A stretch of DNA of 64,000 nucleotides from Azonexaceae bacterium (GCA_013335535.1 JAAXVL010000010.1:78992-142991), one strand, 5' to 3'. Shown: positions 40,122 to 49,932, counted from the first letter of the stretch. A program made the numbers and translations. Notes: generated from the letters alone by a model not told the origin.

Positions 40122-40574
40122 ATGATCATCGACTGGAACCATTTCTCCCCGTGGAGCGCCCTGACCGGCGGCGCCCTGATCGGCCTGGCCGCTTCGCTAC
40201 TGCTCCTGGCCAATGGCCGGATTGCCGGCGTCAGCGGCATCCTGGGCGGCCTGCTGCGTCTGGACGAGAACGATACGCCATGGCAGGCCGCCTTCGTCGC
40301 CGGCCTGCTCTTCGCCCCGGCGCTGTGGGCCATCCTCATGCCCGGCGGCCTGCCGCTGCCCAGTTTCACGCCGGAAGACGGCGCCGGCTGGGGGGCGTTG
40401 ATCCTCGGCGGCCTGCTCGTCGGCATCGGCACCCGGCTCGCCAACGGCTGCACGAGTGGCCACGGCGTCTGCGGCCTGGCCCGCCTGTCGGTCCGTTCGC
40501 TTGCTGCCGTGCTCGTCTTCATGGCCTTCGGCTTCCTGACCGTTTTTGTCGTGCGGCACATTCTGGGGAACTGA
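40122..40574 (+). CDS. YeeE/YedE-family membrane protein (sulfur-compound transport component), half-size form
   Basis: GIGTRLANGCTSGHGVCG motif typical of YeeE/YedE. Confidence 0.8.
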   Translation: MIIDWNHFSPWSALTGGALIGLAASLLLLANGRIAGVSGILGGLLRLDENDTPWQAAFVAGLLFAPALWAILMPGGLPLPSFTPEDGAGWGALILGGLLVGIGTRLANGCTSGHGVCGLARLSVRSLAAVLVFMAFGFLTVFVVRHILGN

Positions 40575-40575
40575 C

Positions 40576-41016
40576 ATGGCAAAAACACTCGTCGCCCTGC
40601 TCAGCGGGCTGATCTTCGGTTTCGGCCTGATCGCCTCCGGCATGAGCAACCCTGGCAAGGTCAAGGGCTTTCTCGACCTCGCCGGCCAGTGGGACCCCTC
40701 GCTGGCGCTCGTCATGGCTGGCGCCTGCGGCGTTGCCCTTGTTCCGTTTGCCTGGGCGCGCCAGCGCACCACCAGCTGGCTCGGCGCCGCCATGCCCGAC
40801 AACAGTTTGCAGAGCATCGACCGCCGGCTGCTCATCGGCAGCGCCCTGTTCGGCGTCGGCTGGGGGCTATCCGGCTTCTGCCCTGGCCCCGCCGTCGTCG
40901 GCCTCGGCGCCGGCTACCAACCCGGCATCGTCTTCGTCATCGCCATGCTGCTCGGCATGGTGACGTTCGAATGGCGGCTGCGCAGGGGGGTTGCTGGCGC
41001 CAGGGGCGACGAATAA
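40576..41016 (+). CDS. YeeE/YedE-related membrane protein, second half-size subunit
   Basis: Start at ATG 40576, 1 nt after the upstream stop. Contains the GVGWGLSGFCPGPA motif. Confidence 0.8.
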   Translation: MAKTLVALLSGLIFGFGLIASGMSNPGKVKGFLDLAGQWDPSLALVMAGACGVALVPFAWARQRTTSWLGAAMPDNSLQSIDRRLLIGSALFGVGWGLSGFCPGPAVVGLGAGYQPGIVFVIAMLLGMVTFEWRLRRGVAGARGDE

Positions 41017-41043
41017 GCACGGGAATGACCTCGATCAGGCCAA

Positions 41044-41083
41044 TTCCACGGTCAACCGGAAAAAACGGCCAAAATTGAAATCC
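41044..41083 (-). repeat. dispersed 40-bp repeat, copy 10 (closest to consensus)
   Basis: ttccacggtcaaccggaaaaaacggccaaaattgaaatcc. Confidence 0.9.
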
Positions 41084-41154
41084 CGGCTTGCCTCGACAGA
41101 GGCCGGGAGACGCAACAAATTATCGAATCGGGTCTGCATTTCGGAGCCCATGAT

Positions 41155-41176
41155 AAAATTGGCCGCTTTTTCCGGT
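41155..41176 (+). repeat. dispersed repeat, left-half copy
   Basis: aaaattggccgctttttccggt then diverges. Inverted relative to copy 10, 72 bp away; ends 20 nt before ATG 41196. Confidence 0.5.
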
Positions 41177-41195
41177 AAAAGAAGCGGAGAGCAAG

Positions 41196-42056
41196 ATGAG
41201 CACCCTAACCACAGGCGATCGCGTGACGCACCCCAACCAGCAGGAATGGGGTCTGGGCAAAGTGCTTAGCGCAACCCCCGACAATCTCGATGTATTTTTT
41301 GTCGGCGCCGGCCGCAAGCGGCTTTCACGCTCCTTCATCAAACTCGAGAAAGCCGAAGGGGCTGCCTCGAAACACCGCCTGCTCGACAACCTGATCGAGA
41401 CCTCGCAAATTGTTGGCGACAGCTATGTCACCATCCCCATGGCGATTGATCGCTTCATGGCGAAATACCCGAACGGCTTCGAGGACGCTGATTTCATCAA
41501 ATCCGTGCGCGAAGCCAACATGCGCGGGCAAAAGATGTGCGCCCAGCTGCTCAGCCAGGACGAGCTGTCCCGGCTCATTGCCGACAGCAACTTCGACGCC
41601 GTCTGCGATCGAGCCCGGCACGTCGAATCCAGCACCAACCTGCTGACCAAGAGCGAACGCAAGGCACTCCACGAAGCACTCGAACTGCCCGCCTGCCAAA
41701 AGCTCTTCTCGCTGGCCCTGGCCGACCTGCTCTACGGCACCGAAACCGAAGAAGCGCGCTTCAAGCATTTCCTGCGCACGCTCGGCATCCTGGAACTGAA
41801 CAAATGGCAGTACGCCACGCTGTTCAGCTTCATCCGCCACCCGCAGCAATCGGCCTTCATCAAGCCGACCGTCATCCAGAATGCCGCCAAGGCACTTTGC
41901 TGGCGGATCAACTACAAGCCCGAGCCGAACTGGAAGACCTACGACGCTGTCACCCGGCTGTACAGCTACGTCCGCACCAATCTGCTTGAAGAAGGCCTGA
42001 TGCCGCGCGACCTGATCGACGTCCAGGCCTTCATCTGGTCCGTCGTCCAGAAATAA
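41196..42056 (+). CDS. hypothetical protein with an N-terminal DUF3553-like (UvrD/PcrA C-terminal tudor-like) motif
   Basis: GGAGAG RBS. GDRVTHPNQQEWGLGKVL resembles DUF3553. The C-terminal part (PRDLIDVQAFIWSV) resembles a motif I associate with N-terminal regions of McrB-type proteins, but I cannot assign it. Confidence 0.6.
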   Translation: MSTLTTGDRVTHPNQQEWGLGKVLSATPDNLDVFFVGAGRKRLSRSFIKLEKAEGAASKHRLLDNLIETSQIVGDSYVTIPMAIDRFMAKYPNGFEDADFIKSVREANMRGQKMCAQLLSQDELSRLIADSNFDAVCDRARHVESSTNLLTKSERKALHEALELPACQKLFSLALADLLYGTETEEARFKHFLRTLGILELNKWQYATLFSFIRHPQQSAFIKPTVIQNAAKALCWRINYKPEPNWKTYDAVTRLYSYVRTNLLEEGLMPRDLIDVQAFIWSVVQK

Positions 42057-42137
42057 TCCAGCCCGGACCACTACCGACTTTTTATCCGCAGGGGGCAGCC
42101 ATCATCAGGCTTCGCCCCACTATCCGAAAGGAAAAAC

Positions 42138-42404
42138 ATGAACGCCCAAGCCCTAGCCGAAAAACTGAACAAGCTCGGATTTACGCCCGTCGCCCTGAGC
42201 GAACCGTCGAAACGGGAGGACGGCATGATCGTTTTCACCAAGGGCGTGCACGTCCAGGTGCCGCTGCATGGCGACGAACCCAACGTCGTTCTGGAAAGTG
42301 ACGATGGCGACCTGGAGTTTTACGACGCCCAGCGCAACATTGAGGATCTGATCACCGATCTGAAGGCCGCCATGCAAAGCGAACAGGCCATGAATTCGCG
42401 CTGA
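42138..42404 (+). CDS. hypothetical small protein (88 aa)
   Basis: ATG with an upstream AAAGGAAAAA. Acidic, with no recognisable motif. Coding status rests on ORF length and codon look only. Confidence 0.4.
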   Translation: MNAQALAEKLNKLGFTPVALSEPSKREDGMIVFTKGVHVQVPLHGDEPNVVLESDDGDLEFYDAQRNIEDLITDLKAAMQSEQAMNSR

Positions 42405-42466
42405 ATCCGGGATAGCCGACAGCGCGAGCGGGGCCAGAACAGAGGCGTCTTCGGCGCCAGTGCCCC

Positions 42467-43093
42467 TCAGGCCACCCCAGCCAAAACCGAGTGCAGCACA
42501 CCCGCCCCCTTCGCCGTCAGCGACCAGGCCAGCACCCCGCAATTGATCAGTACCGTCGCCCAGAACGTCCTCTGAAACGAGGCCTTGCTCGACTTGTGGC
42601 GCAGCACGCGCTGCGCCACCAAAGCCCCCGGCCAGCCGCCAAACAGCGCGATCATGTGCAAGGTACTTTCCGCCGTCCGCCAGTGCCCGCCTCGTGCCGC
42701 CGACTTGTCCCAGGCATAGACCGCAAAAGCCAGCAAGCTCGCCCCGACGTACAGGCCGACCACCGCCACGGGCAACTTGCCGGCCAGCGCACAAGCACCG
42801 ACGAAAACAAAAAACAGCACGGCCAGCATCGGCAAACCGCTACCGGAACTTTTCCCACCGCCAGTAGCAACTCGCGACCGCGTCGACTCGACAAAAGCCA
42901 CACTTTCCGCCCGCGCCCGGCCCTTCGCATCCATCACCAGCTCGTAAGTCACGATCGCCCCCTCGACCGGCCGCCTGCCCCGCCGGGCGAAGGCCTTGAT
43001 GTGCAGAAAGACCTGCTCACCGCCGCCGTTGGGCGTGATGAAGCCAAAGCCCTGATCGTCCTTCCAGCTCGTTATTTTTCCCTGGTAGCGCAT
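42467..43093 (-). CDS. cold-shock domain plus DUF1294 membrane protein
   Basis: N-terminal CSD (GKITSWKDDQGFGFITP...VFLHIKAF) and a C-terminal DUF1294-like region (YAWDKSAARGGHWRTAESTLH). ATG 43093 preferred over TTG 43105. Confidence 0.8.
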   Translation of the reverse strand: MRYQGKITSWKDDQGFGFITPNGGGEQVFLHIKAFARRGRRPVEGAIVTYELVMDAKGRARAESVAFVESTRSRVATGGGKSSGSGLPMLAVLFFVFVGACALAGKLPVAVVGLYVGASLLAFAVYAWDKSAARGGHWRTAESTLHMIALFGGWPGALVAQRVLRHKSSKASFQRTFWATVLINCGVLAWSLTAKGAGVLHSVLAGVA

Positions 43094-43488
43094 GGATTTA
43101 TTCAAATTGAGGGGATTTAATCGATTTCGCCAGTCAAGATCATCGGCTCTGAGTAGTAATTATCAGATCAAGAGCAATGGCTGTTTTAGGCCATAGCAGT
43201 CGTTCTTCTTTCGGTTATTTGGCCTCACCGCTAACCAAGGCCATTGTCACCTTGAGGTGATCGAATGCTGAATTAGGTGCAACGTTATGCACTTCAATGC
43301 GGTAAGCCCCTTCTTTCAAAGGTAGGGGTGGGACACGTCGGTCCACTTTTCAGGTTCGCCGCCGGAAAGCGGTCGTGGTAGTTTCGCTTCCCGGAAGCTG
43401 TCATTCGTCACCTGGTGCGAGCGCACCAAAGCGGTACCTGGCGGATTAGGGAAGAGGACGTTCGGGAACGTGTAGGCGAGATGCTTTT

Positions 43489-44226
43489 TCATAATCCTGT
43501 CTCGACAATGCGTCGGTTAAGGATTGGCGCTGTCAAAGCCGAGAGTCGGGTCCTCTGGTTTCCTTGCTCGTTGAAGTTAGTGGGGCTAAGCCACTGTAAA
43601 AGCGCCTCTTTGAGAGCAGGCCATTCACAATCAATTGCGGCATACCAAGCTGTATCGCGGTTTCTTCCCTTGACGACTGTCGCTTGCCGAAAAACGCCCT
43701 CAAAAGAAAACCCCAATCTCTGCGCCGCGGCGCGCGATGGAGTATTTAATGCATCGCATTTCCACTCATAGCGCCGATAACCAAGCTCGAATGCCCTGGC
43801 CATCATGAGATACATGGCCTCGGTGGCTGCGGGAGTACGCTGAAGTAACGGCGAATAGTTGATGTGTCCCACTTCAATTGAGCCGCTACTCGGCGTAATT
43901 CGCAAATAGCTGGCGACGCCTACAGCTTCCTGTCTTGTAAGGTCAATAATTGCATAAAACTGCGGGTCATTTCCGCAACATTGCTGCTCAATCCAAGCGC
44001 GAAAGGCCGCCAGAGTCTCGAATGGCCCATACGGAAGATAGGTCCAATTCCTTCCTTCAACGTCCAGGCTATTTGCGGAATACAGGCTTTCGGCATGACG
44101 CGCATCAAGGGGTTCAAGACGGCAAAAACGCCCCTCAAGAATTTCTCGCCCCGGATGGGGCGGAGATTGCCACTCGCGGACCAAATGGCCAACCGCCTGG
44201 TTCAATTGATTCATCTCGCAATGCAT
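43489..44226 (-). CDS. GNAT-family N-acetyltransferase (RimJ/RimL-like, Acetyltransf_3)
   Basis: Motifs IEVGHINYSP, EAMYLMMARAFELGYRRYEWKCDALN.PS...A.RLGF.FEG. Embedded in AT-richer DNA; alternative start at 44214. Confidence 0.8.
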   Translation of the reverse strand: MHCEMNQLNQAVGHLVREWQSPPHPGREILEGRFCRLEPLDARHAESLYSANSLDVEGRNWTYLPYGPFETLAAFRAWIEQQCCGNDPQFYAIIDLTRQEAVGVASYLRITPSSGSIEVGHINYSPLLQRTPAATEAMYLMMARAFELGYRRYEWKCDALNTPSRAAAQRLGFSFEGVFRQATVVKGRNRDTAWYAAIDCEWPALKEALLQWLSPTNFNEQGNQRTRLSALTAPILNRRIVETGL

Positions 44227-44911
44227 TGGTGTGTTGCCTGACAGTGTTTACACGGACGCTGGGGTTTGTATACCAATTGATATTGGTAACGCTTGATTAG
44301 TAGCCCTAAACCCATGACTTTAAATCATTCGGAATATTGACTGTCAGTATAACAACATCAATATCCTGACAACTTCACCGAGCCAATGTCTGCTTTTTGG
44401 AACAGTATCCATGGGGCCGCTTCTGACCGGGTTGAGGCAATGACGGCAGCCATTTGCTCGCCGTAAACCGGCCGTTGAGCTGGGGTAACTGAGGCCCAGG
44501 TAATTCAACTTGAAAGGCAACCTCGACCGGCAGTTCTTGGCCGAGAGTGACTGTTGGGCGGTGTTGCCGCAAAGGCGCCGTTGGCATCCTGGGCAAAAAG
44601 TTGAGTGGTAGCTTACTGCCGTGAGAGCGAACTCACCCTACCAGCCAGGAGCGGAAATTCGAAACGGTGGATGAGCAGCCATTTAAGCGGATTCTCCACT
44701 CTGAAACCTGCCAGTTAGTGCCAAAGCTTGGTGAACAGCAGCCTCCTTACTCGGCTCGGTTCAAAGCAGACGTCGAAAGTCATAGCGCCACGAACTCTAT
44801 GAAGCAAAGCACCGATATCTCAGACCATACCTGAAGAGTACAGTGGGACGCAGCCATAGTGGCGGTACGCCGGCAATCCGCAGCGGACTGCCGGCGCACT
44901 GACTTCTGGTG

Positions 44912-47900
44912 CTAGGTCGCGACCGGTTCCGGCCGCACCGCAGGAACCGCTTGCCCGTCTCCCGCCGTTGGCTTTATCTTGAACCAGATCGCGTACAAGG
45001 CCGGCAGGAAGACCAGGGTCAGGATCGTCCCGGCGAAGGTGCCGCCGATGAGCGTATAGGCCAGCGTTCCCCAGAAAACCGAATGGGTGAGCGGAATGAA
45101 CGCCAGCATCGCGGCAAGCGCGGTGAGTATGACCGGGCGGGCACGCTGCACGGTGGCCTCGACGACGGCGTCGAAGGGCGTCAACCCATCCGCGATGTTG
45201 TCGCGGATCTGCCCGATCAGGATCAGCGTGTTGCGCATCAGGATGCCGGACAGCGCAATCAGGCCGACCAGCGCATTGATGCCGAACGGCTGCCCGAACA
45301 GCAACAGCGTCGGCACGACGCCGATCAGGCCGAGCGGTGCGGTGGCGAATACCATCATCATCGCGGCGATCGAGCGGACCTGGAAGATGATGGTGATCAG
45401 GGTCAGCGCGATCATGATCGGGAAGACCGGCGCCAGGGCCCGATTGGCCTTGCCCGACTCCTCGATGGCGCCGGCCATTTCGATCCGGTAACCGGCCGGC
45501 AGTTTGGCAATGATCGGCTGCAGATCCTGCCACACAGCGCTGGAGACATCCGGCGGCTGCAAGCCTTCGGCGATATCGCCACGCACGGTGATGGTTGGGG
45601 TGCGGTCGCGGCGGCGCAGGATGGGATCCTCCATGCGGACATCAACCTTGCCGACCTGTGACAGCGGAATCTTTTGACCGGCCGCGCCGACCAGGGTGAA
45701 GTCGCCTATCCTGCCCGGATCGAGCCGCGTGTTGCCGCCCGATCTGGCCGTGACCTGCACCGAACGGATGTCCTCGCGCACTTCCGTAATCGGGATGCCG
45801 CTCAGCAGGAACTGCAGTTGCTGGGCCACATCGCTGGACGTCAGGCCGATGCTCTGCAGGCGATCCTGGTCGAGCGAAAAGTGCAGTGCGGGCACGCGCT
45901 CGCCCCAGTCGGTGTTGACCGTCCGCATCTGGGCGGAGGCCTGCATGACGCCACGCACCTCGGCTGCGATGTCGCGCAGCTTGTCCGGGTCCGGCCCCAT
46001 GACGCGGAAGGCCACGGGGAACGGCGACGGGGGGCCGAAGACGATCTGGGTCACGCGCACCCGCGCCTCGGGCGCCAAGCCGTCGGCGGCCGCCTGGCGC
46101 AATCTGAACTTGAGGGCTTCGCGTTCCTTGTCATCGCCCGTCAGGACGACGATCTTGGCGAAGGACGGATCGGGCAATTCAGGCGACATCGCCAGGAAGA
46201 AGCGGGGCGCGCCCTGGCCGATGTAGGACGTCACGACCCTGGCCTCCTGCTGCTCTGCCAGCCAGGCTTCGACCTTGGCTGTCGCGGCGCTGGTTTGCGC
46301 GATCGAGGTGCCATACGGCATCTGCACCTCGACCAGCACCTCCGGCCGGTCGGAGGTCGGGAAGAATTGCTTGTTGACCACGCCCATGCCGAGAATCGCG
46401 ACCACGAAGGCGCCGATCACGCTTGCCGCGACCAGCCATTTGCGTCGGATCACCCAGCCTAGCAGCCGGCGGAAGCGCTCGTAGTTCGGCGTGCCGTAGA
46501 TAGCCCCGTGCCCGCCCGCATGCTTCTCGTAGTTTGGCAGCAGCTTGACCCCGAGGTAGGGTGTGAACACGACGGCAACGATCCACGAGGCGATCAAGGC
46601 CGTGCCGACGATCCAGAACATGTTGCTGGTGTACTCGCCGGCGGTCGACTTGGCAAAGCCGTTGGGCATGAAGCCGATCGCCGTCACCAGCGTACCGGCC
46701 AGCATCGGCGCGGCGGTGTGGCTCCAGGCATAGGCGGCGGCGCGGATGCGGTCGTAGCCTTCCTCCATCTTCACGACCATCATCTCGATGGCGATGATCA
46801 CGTCGTCGACCAGCAGCCCGAGGGCCAGGATCAAGGAGCCGAGTGTGATGCGGTCGAAATTCTTGCCGGTCGCCGCCATGATGATGAAGACAGCAGCGAG
46901 GGTCAGTGGAACAGCAGCCGCAACCACGATGCCGGCGCGCCAGCCCATGCTCAGGAAGCCGACCAGGATCACGACGCCGAGGGCGACCATGAACTTGACC
47001 ATGAACTCGCCGATGGCGGAATGGATATTGACTGCCTGGTCCGTTACCTTGGACAGGCTCATGCCGAGCGGCATTTCGGCGTTGATCGCCGCCGCTTCCG
47101 CCTCCAGCGCCTTGCCCAGATTGAGGCCGTTCCAGCCCTCGCGCATGACCACGCCGAGCAGCAAGGTCGGTTCGCCGTTGTTGCGAATCAGGAAGGTGGC
47201 CGGGTCTTCGTAGCCGCGCTTCACCTCGGCGATGTCGCCGAACTTTAGCGTCCGGCCGCGCGCCGCGACCGGCGTATTGCGGATCGCTTCCAGATCGTCG
47301 ATGGCGCCGTCCAGCCGGATGAAGACCTGCGGGCCCTTGGCTTCGATCGAGCCGGCCGGGGTCATGACATTGCGGCTGTTGAGCGCGGCGAAGAGGTCGC
47401 GCGGGGAGACGCCCAGCGTCGCCAGGCGGTCATGCGAGAACTCGACGAAAATCCGTTCCGCCTGCTCGCCGATGATGTTCACCTTCTTGACGCCGGGTAC
47501 GTGCAGCAGACGCTGACGCATGACCTCGGCGTCGCGCACCAGGTGACGATGCGGCTCGCCCTTGGCTTTCAAGGCGTAGAGCGCAAAGGTCACGTCGGCG
47601 TATTCGTCATTCACCATCGGGCCGATGACGCCGCGCGGCAGTTTGAGCGCCTCGTCGCCGAGCTTCTTGCGCGCCTGATAGAACTGGTCGGGGACGTCGG
47701 CCGGCGGCGTGCTGTCGAGCAGGACGACCGTGGTGAAAGCCAGCCCCGGCCGCGTAAAGGTCTCGGTCCGGTCATACCAGCGCAGCTCCTGCATGCGCTT
47801 TTCCAGCGGTTCGGCGACCAGTTCTTCCATCTCCTTGGCGGTCGCGCCGGGCCAGGCGGTGATCACGGTCATCTGCTTGATGGTAAAAGCCGGGTCCTCG

Positions 47901-48013
47901 GCTCGACCCAAGGTCAGGAAGGCGATGATGCCGGCGATGAAGATCGCCAGCATCAGGAACAGGGTGACCGGGCGCTCGCGGACGGCGAGGGCGGAGAGGT
48001 TGAAAGCACTCAT
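44912..48013 (-). CDS. RND-family efflux transporter permease (AcrB/ACR_tran type)
   Basis: 1033 aa, 12-TM architecture with two large periplasmic loops. The N-terminus reads FNLSALAVRERPVTLFLMLAIFIAG. ATGA overlap with the adaptor gene. Confidence 0.9.
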   Translation of the reverse strand: MSAFNLSALAVRERPVTLFLMLAIFIAGIIAFLTLGRAEDPAFTIKQMTVITAWPGATAKEMEELVAEPLEKRMQELRWYDRTETFTRPGLAFTTVVLLDSTPPADVPDQFYQARKKLGDEALKLPRGVIGPMVNDEYADVTFALYALKAKGEPHRHLVRDAEVMRQRLLHVPGVKKVNIIGEQAERIFVEFSHDRLATLGVSPRDLFAALNSRNVMTPAGSIEAKGPQVFIRLDGAIDDLEAIRNTPVAARGRTLKFGDIAEVKRGYEDPATFLIRNNGEPTLLLGVVMREGWNGLNLGKALEAEAAAINAEMPLGMSLSKVTDQAVNIHSAIGEFMVKFMVALGVVILVGFLSMGWRAGIVVAAAVPLTLAAVFIIMAATGKNFDRITLGSLILALGLLVDDVIIAIEMMVVKMEEGYDRIRAAAYAWSHTAAPMLAGTLVTAIGFMPNGFAKSTAGEYTSNMFWIVGTALIASWIVAVVFTPYLGVKLLPNYEKHAGGHGAIYGTPNYERFRRLLGWVIRRKWLVAASVIGAFVVAILGMGVVNKQFFPTSDRPEVLVEVQMPYGTSIAQTSAATAKVEAWLAEQQEARVVTSYIGQGAPRFFLAMSPELPDPSFAKIVVLTGDDKEREALKFRLRQAAADGLAPEARVRVTQIVFGPPSPFPVAFRVMGPDPDKLRDIAAEVRGVMQASAQMRTVNTDWGERVPALHFSLDQDRLQSIGLTSSDVAQQLQFLLSGIPITEVREDIRSVQVTARSGGNTRLDPGRIGDFTLVGAAGQKIPLSQVGKVDVRMEDPILRRRDRTPTITVRGDIAEGLQPPDVSSAVWQDLQPIIAKLPAGYRIEMAGAIEESGKANRALAPVFPIMIALTLITIIFQVRSIAAMMMVFATAPLGLIGVVPTLLLFGQPFGINALVGLIALSGILMRNTLILIGQIRDNIADGLTPFDAVVEATVQRARPVILTALAAMLAFIPLTHSVFWGTLAYTLIGGTFAGTILTLVFLPALYAIWFKIKPTAGDGQAVPAVRPEPVAT

Positions 48014-49140
48014 TTCGGTGCCCCACCGTTTGCCGCTGCGCCGGGCGCGCCGTCAGCCAGTCGAACCGCCTCGCCTTCGTGCAGCAGATGGGCGCCGAGC
48101 ACGACGACACGATCACCCGTCGCCAGCCCTCCGCTGATCGCAGCGGATTCACTGCTGAGGCCGGCTACCTGCACGGCGCGCCAGCTTGCCTGAAGCCCCT
48201 GTCCTTGCTCCTCCTGACCTTTGACCAGCCAGACGCCGGGCCCCTTGCCCTGATCGAAGAGCGCGCTGACAGGAATCTGGAGCACCGGGGTGGCGCGGCT
48301 GCTTTGAATTTCGATGGAAACGGTCGAGCCGAGCGGCGCGGCGGCCAGTTGGCCCTCCAGTACGTAGCGCCCCTCGAAAGTACGTGTCTGTGGGTTGGCG
48401 GCATCCGACAACTGACGCAGTTTCGCGGCGCCGGTCAGCCCGCTGCCATACAAGGTGGCGCGCCCCGCGGAGCCGATTGCCGGACGCAGGTTTTCGGGGA
48501 GCGCAATGAGCGCTTCGCGGCGCCCGGCGTGCGCCACGCGAACGACGACCTGGCCAGCGCCGACCACCTGGCCCGGCTCGGCCAGGGTATCGACGACGAC
48601 CCCGTCCGCATCGGCGAGCAGGACGGCATAACCCGTTTCGTTGTGGGCCACGTCGGCCTGGGCCTGGGCCGCCTTGAGCTCGGCCCGTGCCGAATCGGCG
48701 GCCGCCTTGATCTTGTCGTAGGCGGAAGCCGACACTGCGCCCGCCGCGACGAGATCGCGGTAGCGCGCCTCATCCTCGGCGGTCTGGCGCGCGCGCGCCG
48801 TGGCGGCGGCAACGGCCTCGTCGCGGGCATGCGTGGCGAGCCGCAAGTCGGTGGGGTCTATGCGCATCAGTGCCTGACCGCGCTTGACGGTCTGGCCAGC
48901 ATCGACCAGGCGCTCCAGAATTTTGCCCGGAACGCGAAAACCCAGGTCGCTCTGCACCCGTGCCGCGATGACGCCGCTGAACGTAGGCTCGGACTGGGTG
49001 GCGCTGGCAACCGGTGCGACCCGGACGAGTGGCGCCTGGGTCCGCGGATCGAGTGAAGAAGTGGCATCGCTGCAGGCTGCCAAGGCGACAGGCAACAGAC
49101 CGACGACGGCGAGGAAGGGAATATTGCGGCGCTGAAACAT
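48010..49140 (-). CDS. RND efflux periplasmic adaptor (membrane fusion protein), lipoprotein
   Basis: Start at ATG 49140 (MFQRRNIPFLAVVGLLPVALAAC lipobox). Contains a coiled-coil hairpin region. Confidence 0.85.
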   Translation of the reverse strand: MFQRRNIPFLAVVGLLPVALAACSDATSSLDPRTQAPLVRVAPVASATQSEPTFSGVIAARVQSDLGFRVPGKILERLVDAGQTVKRGQALMRIDPTDLRLATHARDEAVAAATARARQTAEDEARYRDLVAAGAVSASAYDKIKAAADSARAELKAAQAQADVAHNETGYAVLLADADGVVVDTLAEPGQVVGAGQVVVRVAHAGRREALIALPENLRPAIGSAGRATLYGSGLTGAAKLRQLSDAANPQTRTFEGRYVLEGQLAAAPLGSTVSIEIQSSRATPVLQIPVSALFDQGKGPGVWLVKGQEEQGQGLQASWRAVQVAGLSSESAAISGGLATGDRVVVLGAHLLHEGEAVRLADGAPGAAANGGAPK

Positions 49141-49179
49141 GACGACCTCCATTAATGCGAAGGCCTTCATCTTCTATCT

Positions 49180-49205
49180 AGTGACTATTATTGTCAATAG
49201 TCACT
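49180..49205. promoter_or_regulatory. candidate TetR operator: AGTGACTA-N10-TAGTCACT
   Basis: Perfect 8-bp inverted arms between tetR and the adaptor gene. Confidence 0.55.
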
Positions 49206-49223
49206 TATTGCCCAGACAGCGTT

Positions 49224-49841
49224 CTAGGGGGCTAGGCTACGCAGCACGAGATTCGAAAGCTGCGTGGGCGCCTCATCGACGCGGTCGAGGTTGTACTGGA
49301 GCAGCAACGGATTGGCAAAGGGCAGCATGACGAGATAGATCGCATGCGCCGTCTCGTCGAGCGGTGTCTTGCGCTCGAACTCGCCCACTTCCCGCCCTTC
49401 ACGGACGATCTCTGTCAGGGTCTGCCGAATGCGCTGTCCGTAGGCAACGGCGGACGGCCAACCCTCGCCGGCGGAATGCGCGGCAATGTCATACAGCTTG
49501 CGGTCGTTGAAGAAGAGTTCCACGCTCGTAGCCACCATAGCCTTGAATAATCGACGGAATTTCTCCGTCGGCGTACTGGCGCCGGCAACTGCTTCATCGA
49601 CTGCGGCGAGGATGGTGTTCAAGGTCTTGCTGCAGATGGCTTCGCCGATCGCCTGCTTGGAATCGAAGAACTTGTAGATATAAGCCTTGGAAAAGCCTAT
49701 CGCCTTGGCCAGGTCGGAGACCGTGGTCTTGTCGTAGCCGTAGTGGCTGAAGTGCGCCTCGGCCGCCTCGACGATCTGGTCGCGAACGCTATGGTCGATG
49801 GGGCCGCGGGCCTGGGGGGTGGAAGATTCGATTTCGCTCAT
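49224..49841 (-). CDS. TetR/AcrR-family transcriptional repressor
   Basis: N-terminal HTH YDKTTVSDLAKAIGFSKAYIYKFF. Confidence 0.85.
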   Translation of the reverse strand: MSEIESSTPQARGPIDHSVRDQIVEAAEAHFSHYGYDKTTVSDLAKAIGFSKAYIYKFFDSKQAIGEAICSKTLNTILAAVDEAVAGASTPTEKFRRLFKAMVATSVELFFNDRKLYDIAAHSAGEGWPSAVAYGQRIRQTLTEIVREGREVGEFERKTPLDETAHAIYLVMLPFANPLLLQYNLDRVDEAPTQLSNLVLRSLAP

Positions 49842-49878
49842 GGGAAAACAATACCGCGTTTGCCGCTGGTTGACAACC

Positions 49879-49904
49879 AGTGACTAATTTGGGTTATAGT
49901 CACT
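49879..49904. promoter_or_regulatory. second candidate TetR operator: AGTGACTA-N10-TAGTCACT
   Basis: Same arms and spacing as 49180-49205, located in the tetR / outer-membrane-factor divergent region. Confidence 0.55.
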
Positions 49905-49932
49905 TCCGCAAACCAAACCCCGAAGGACTCCC

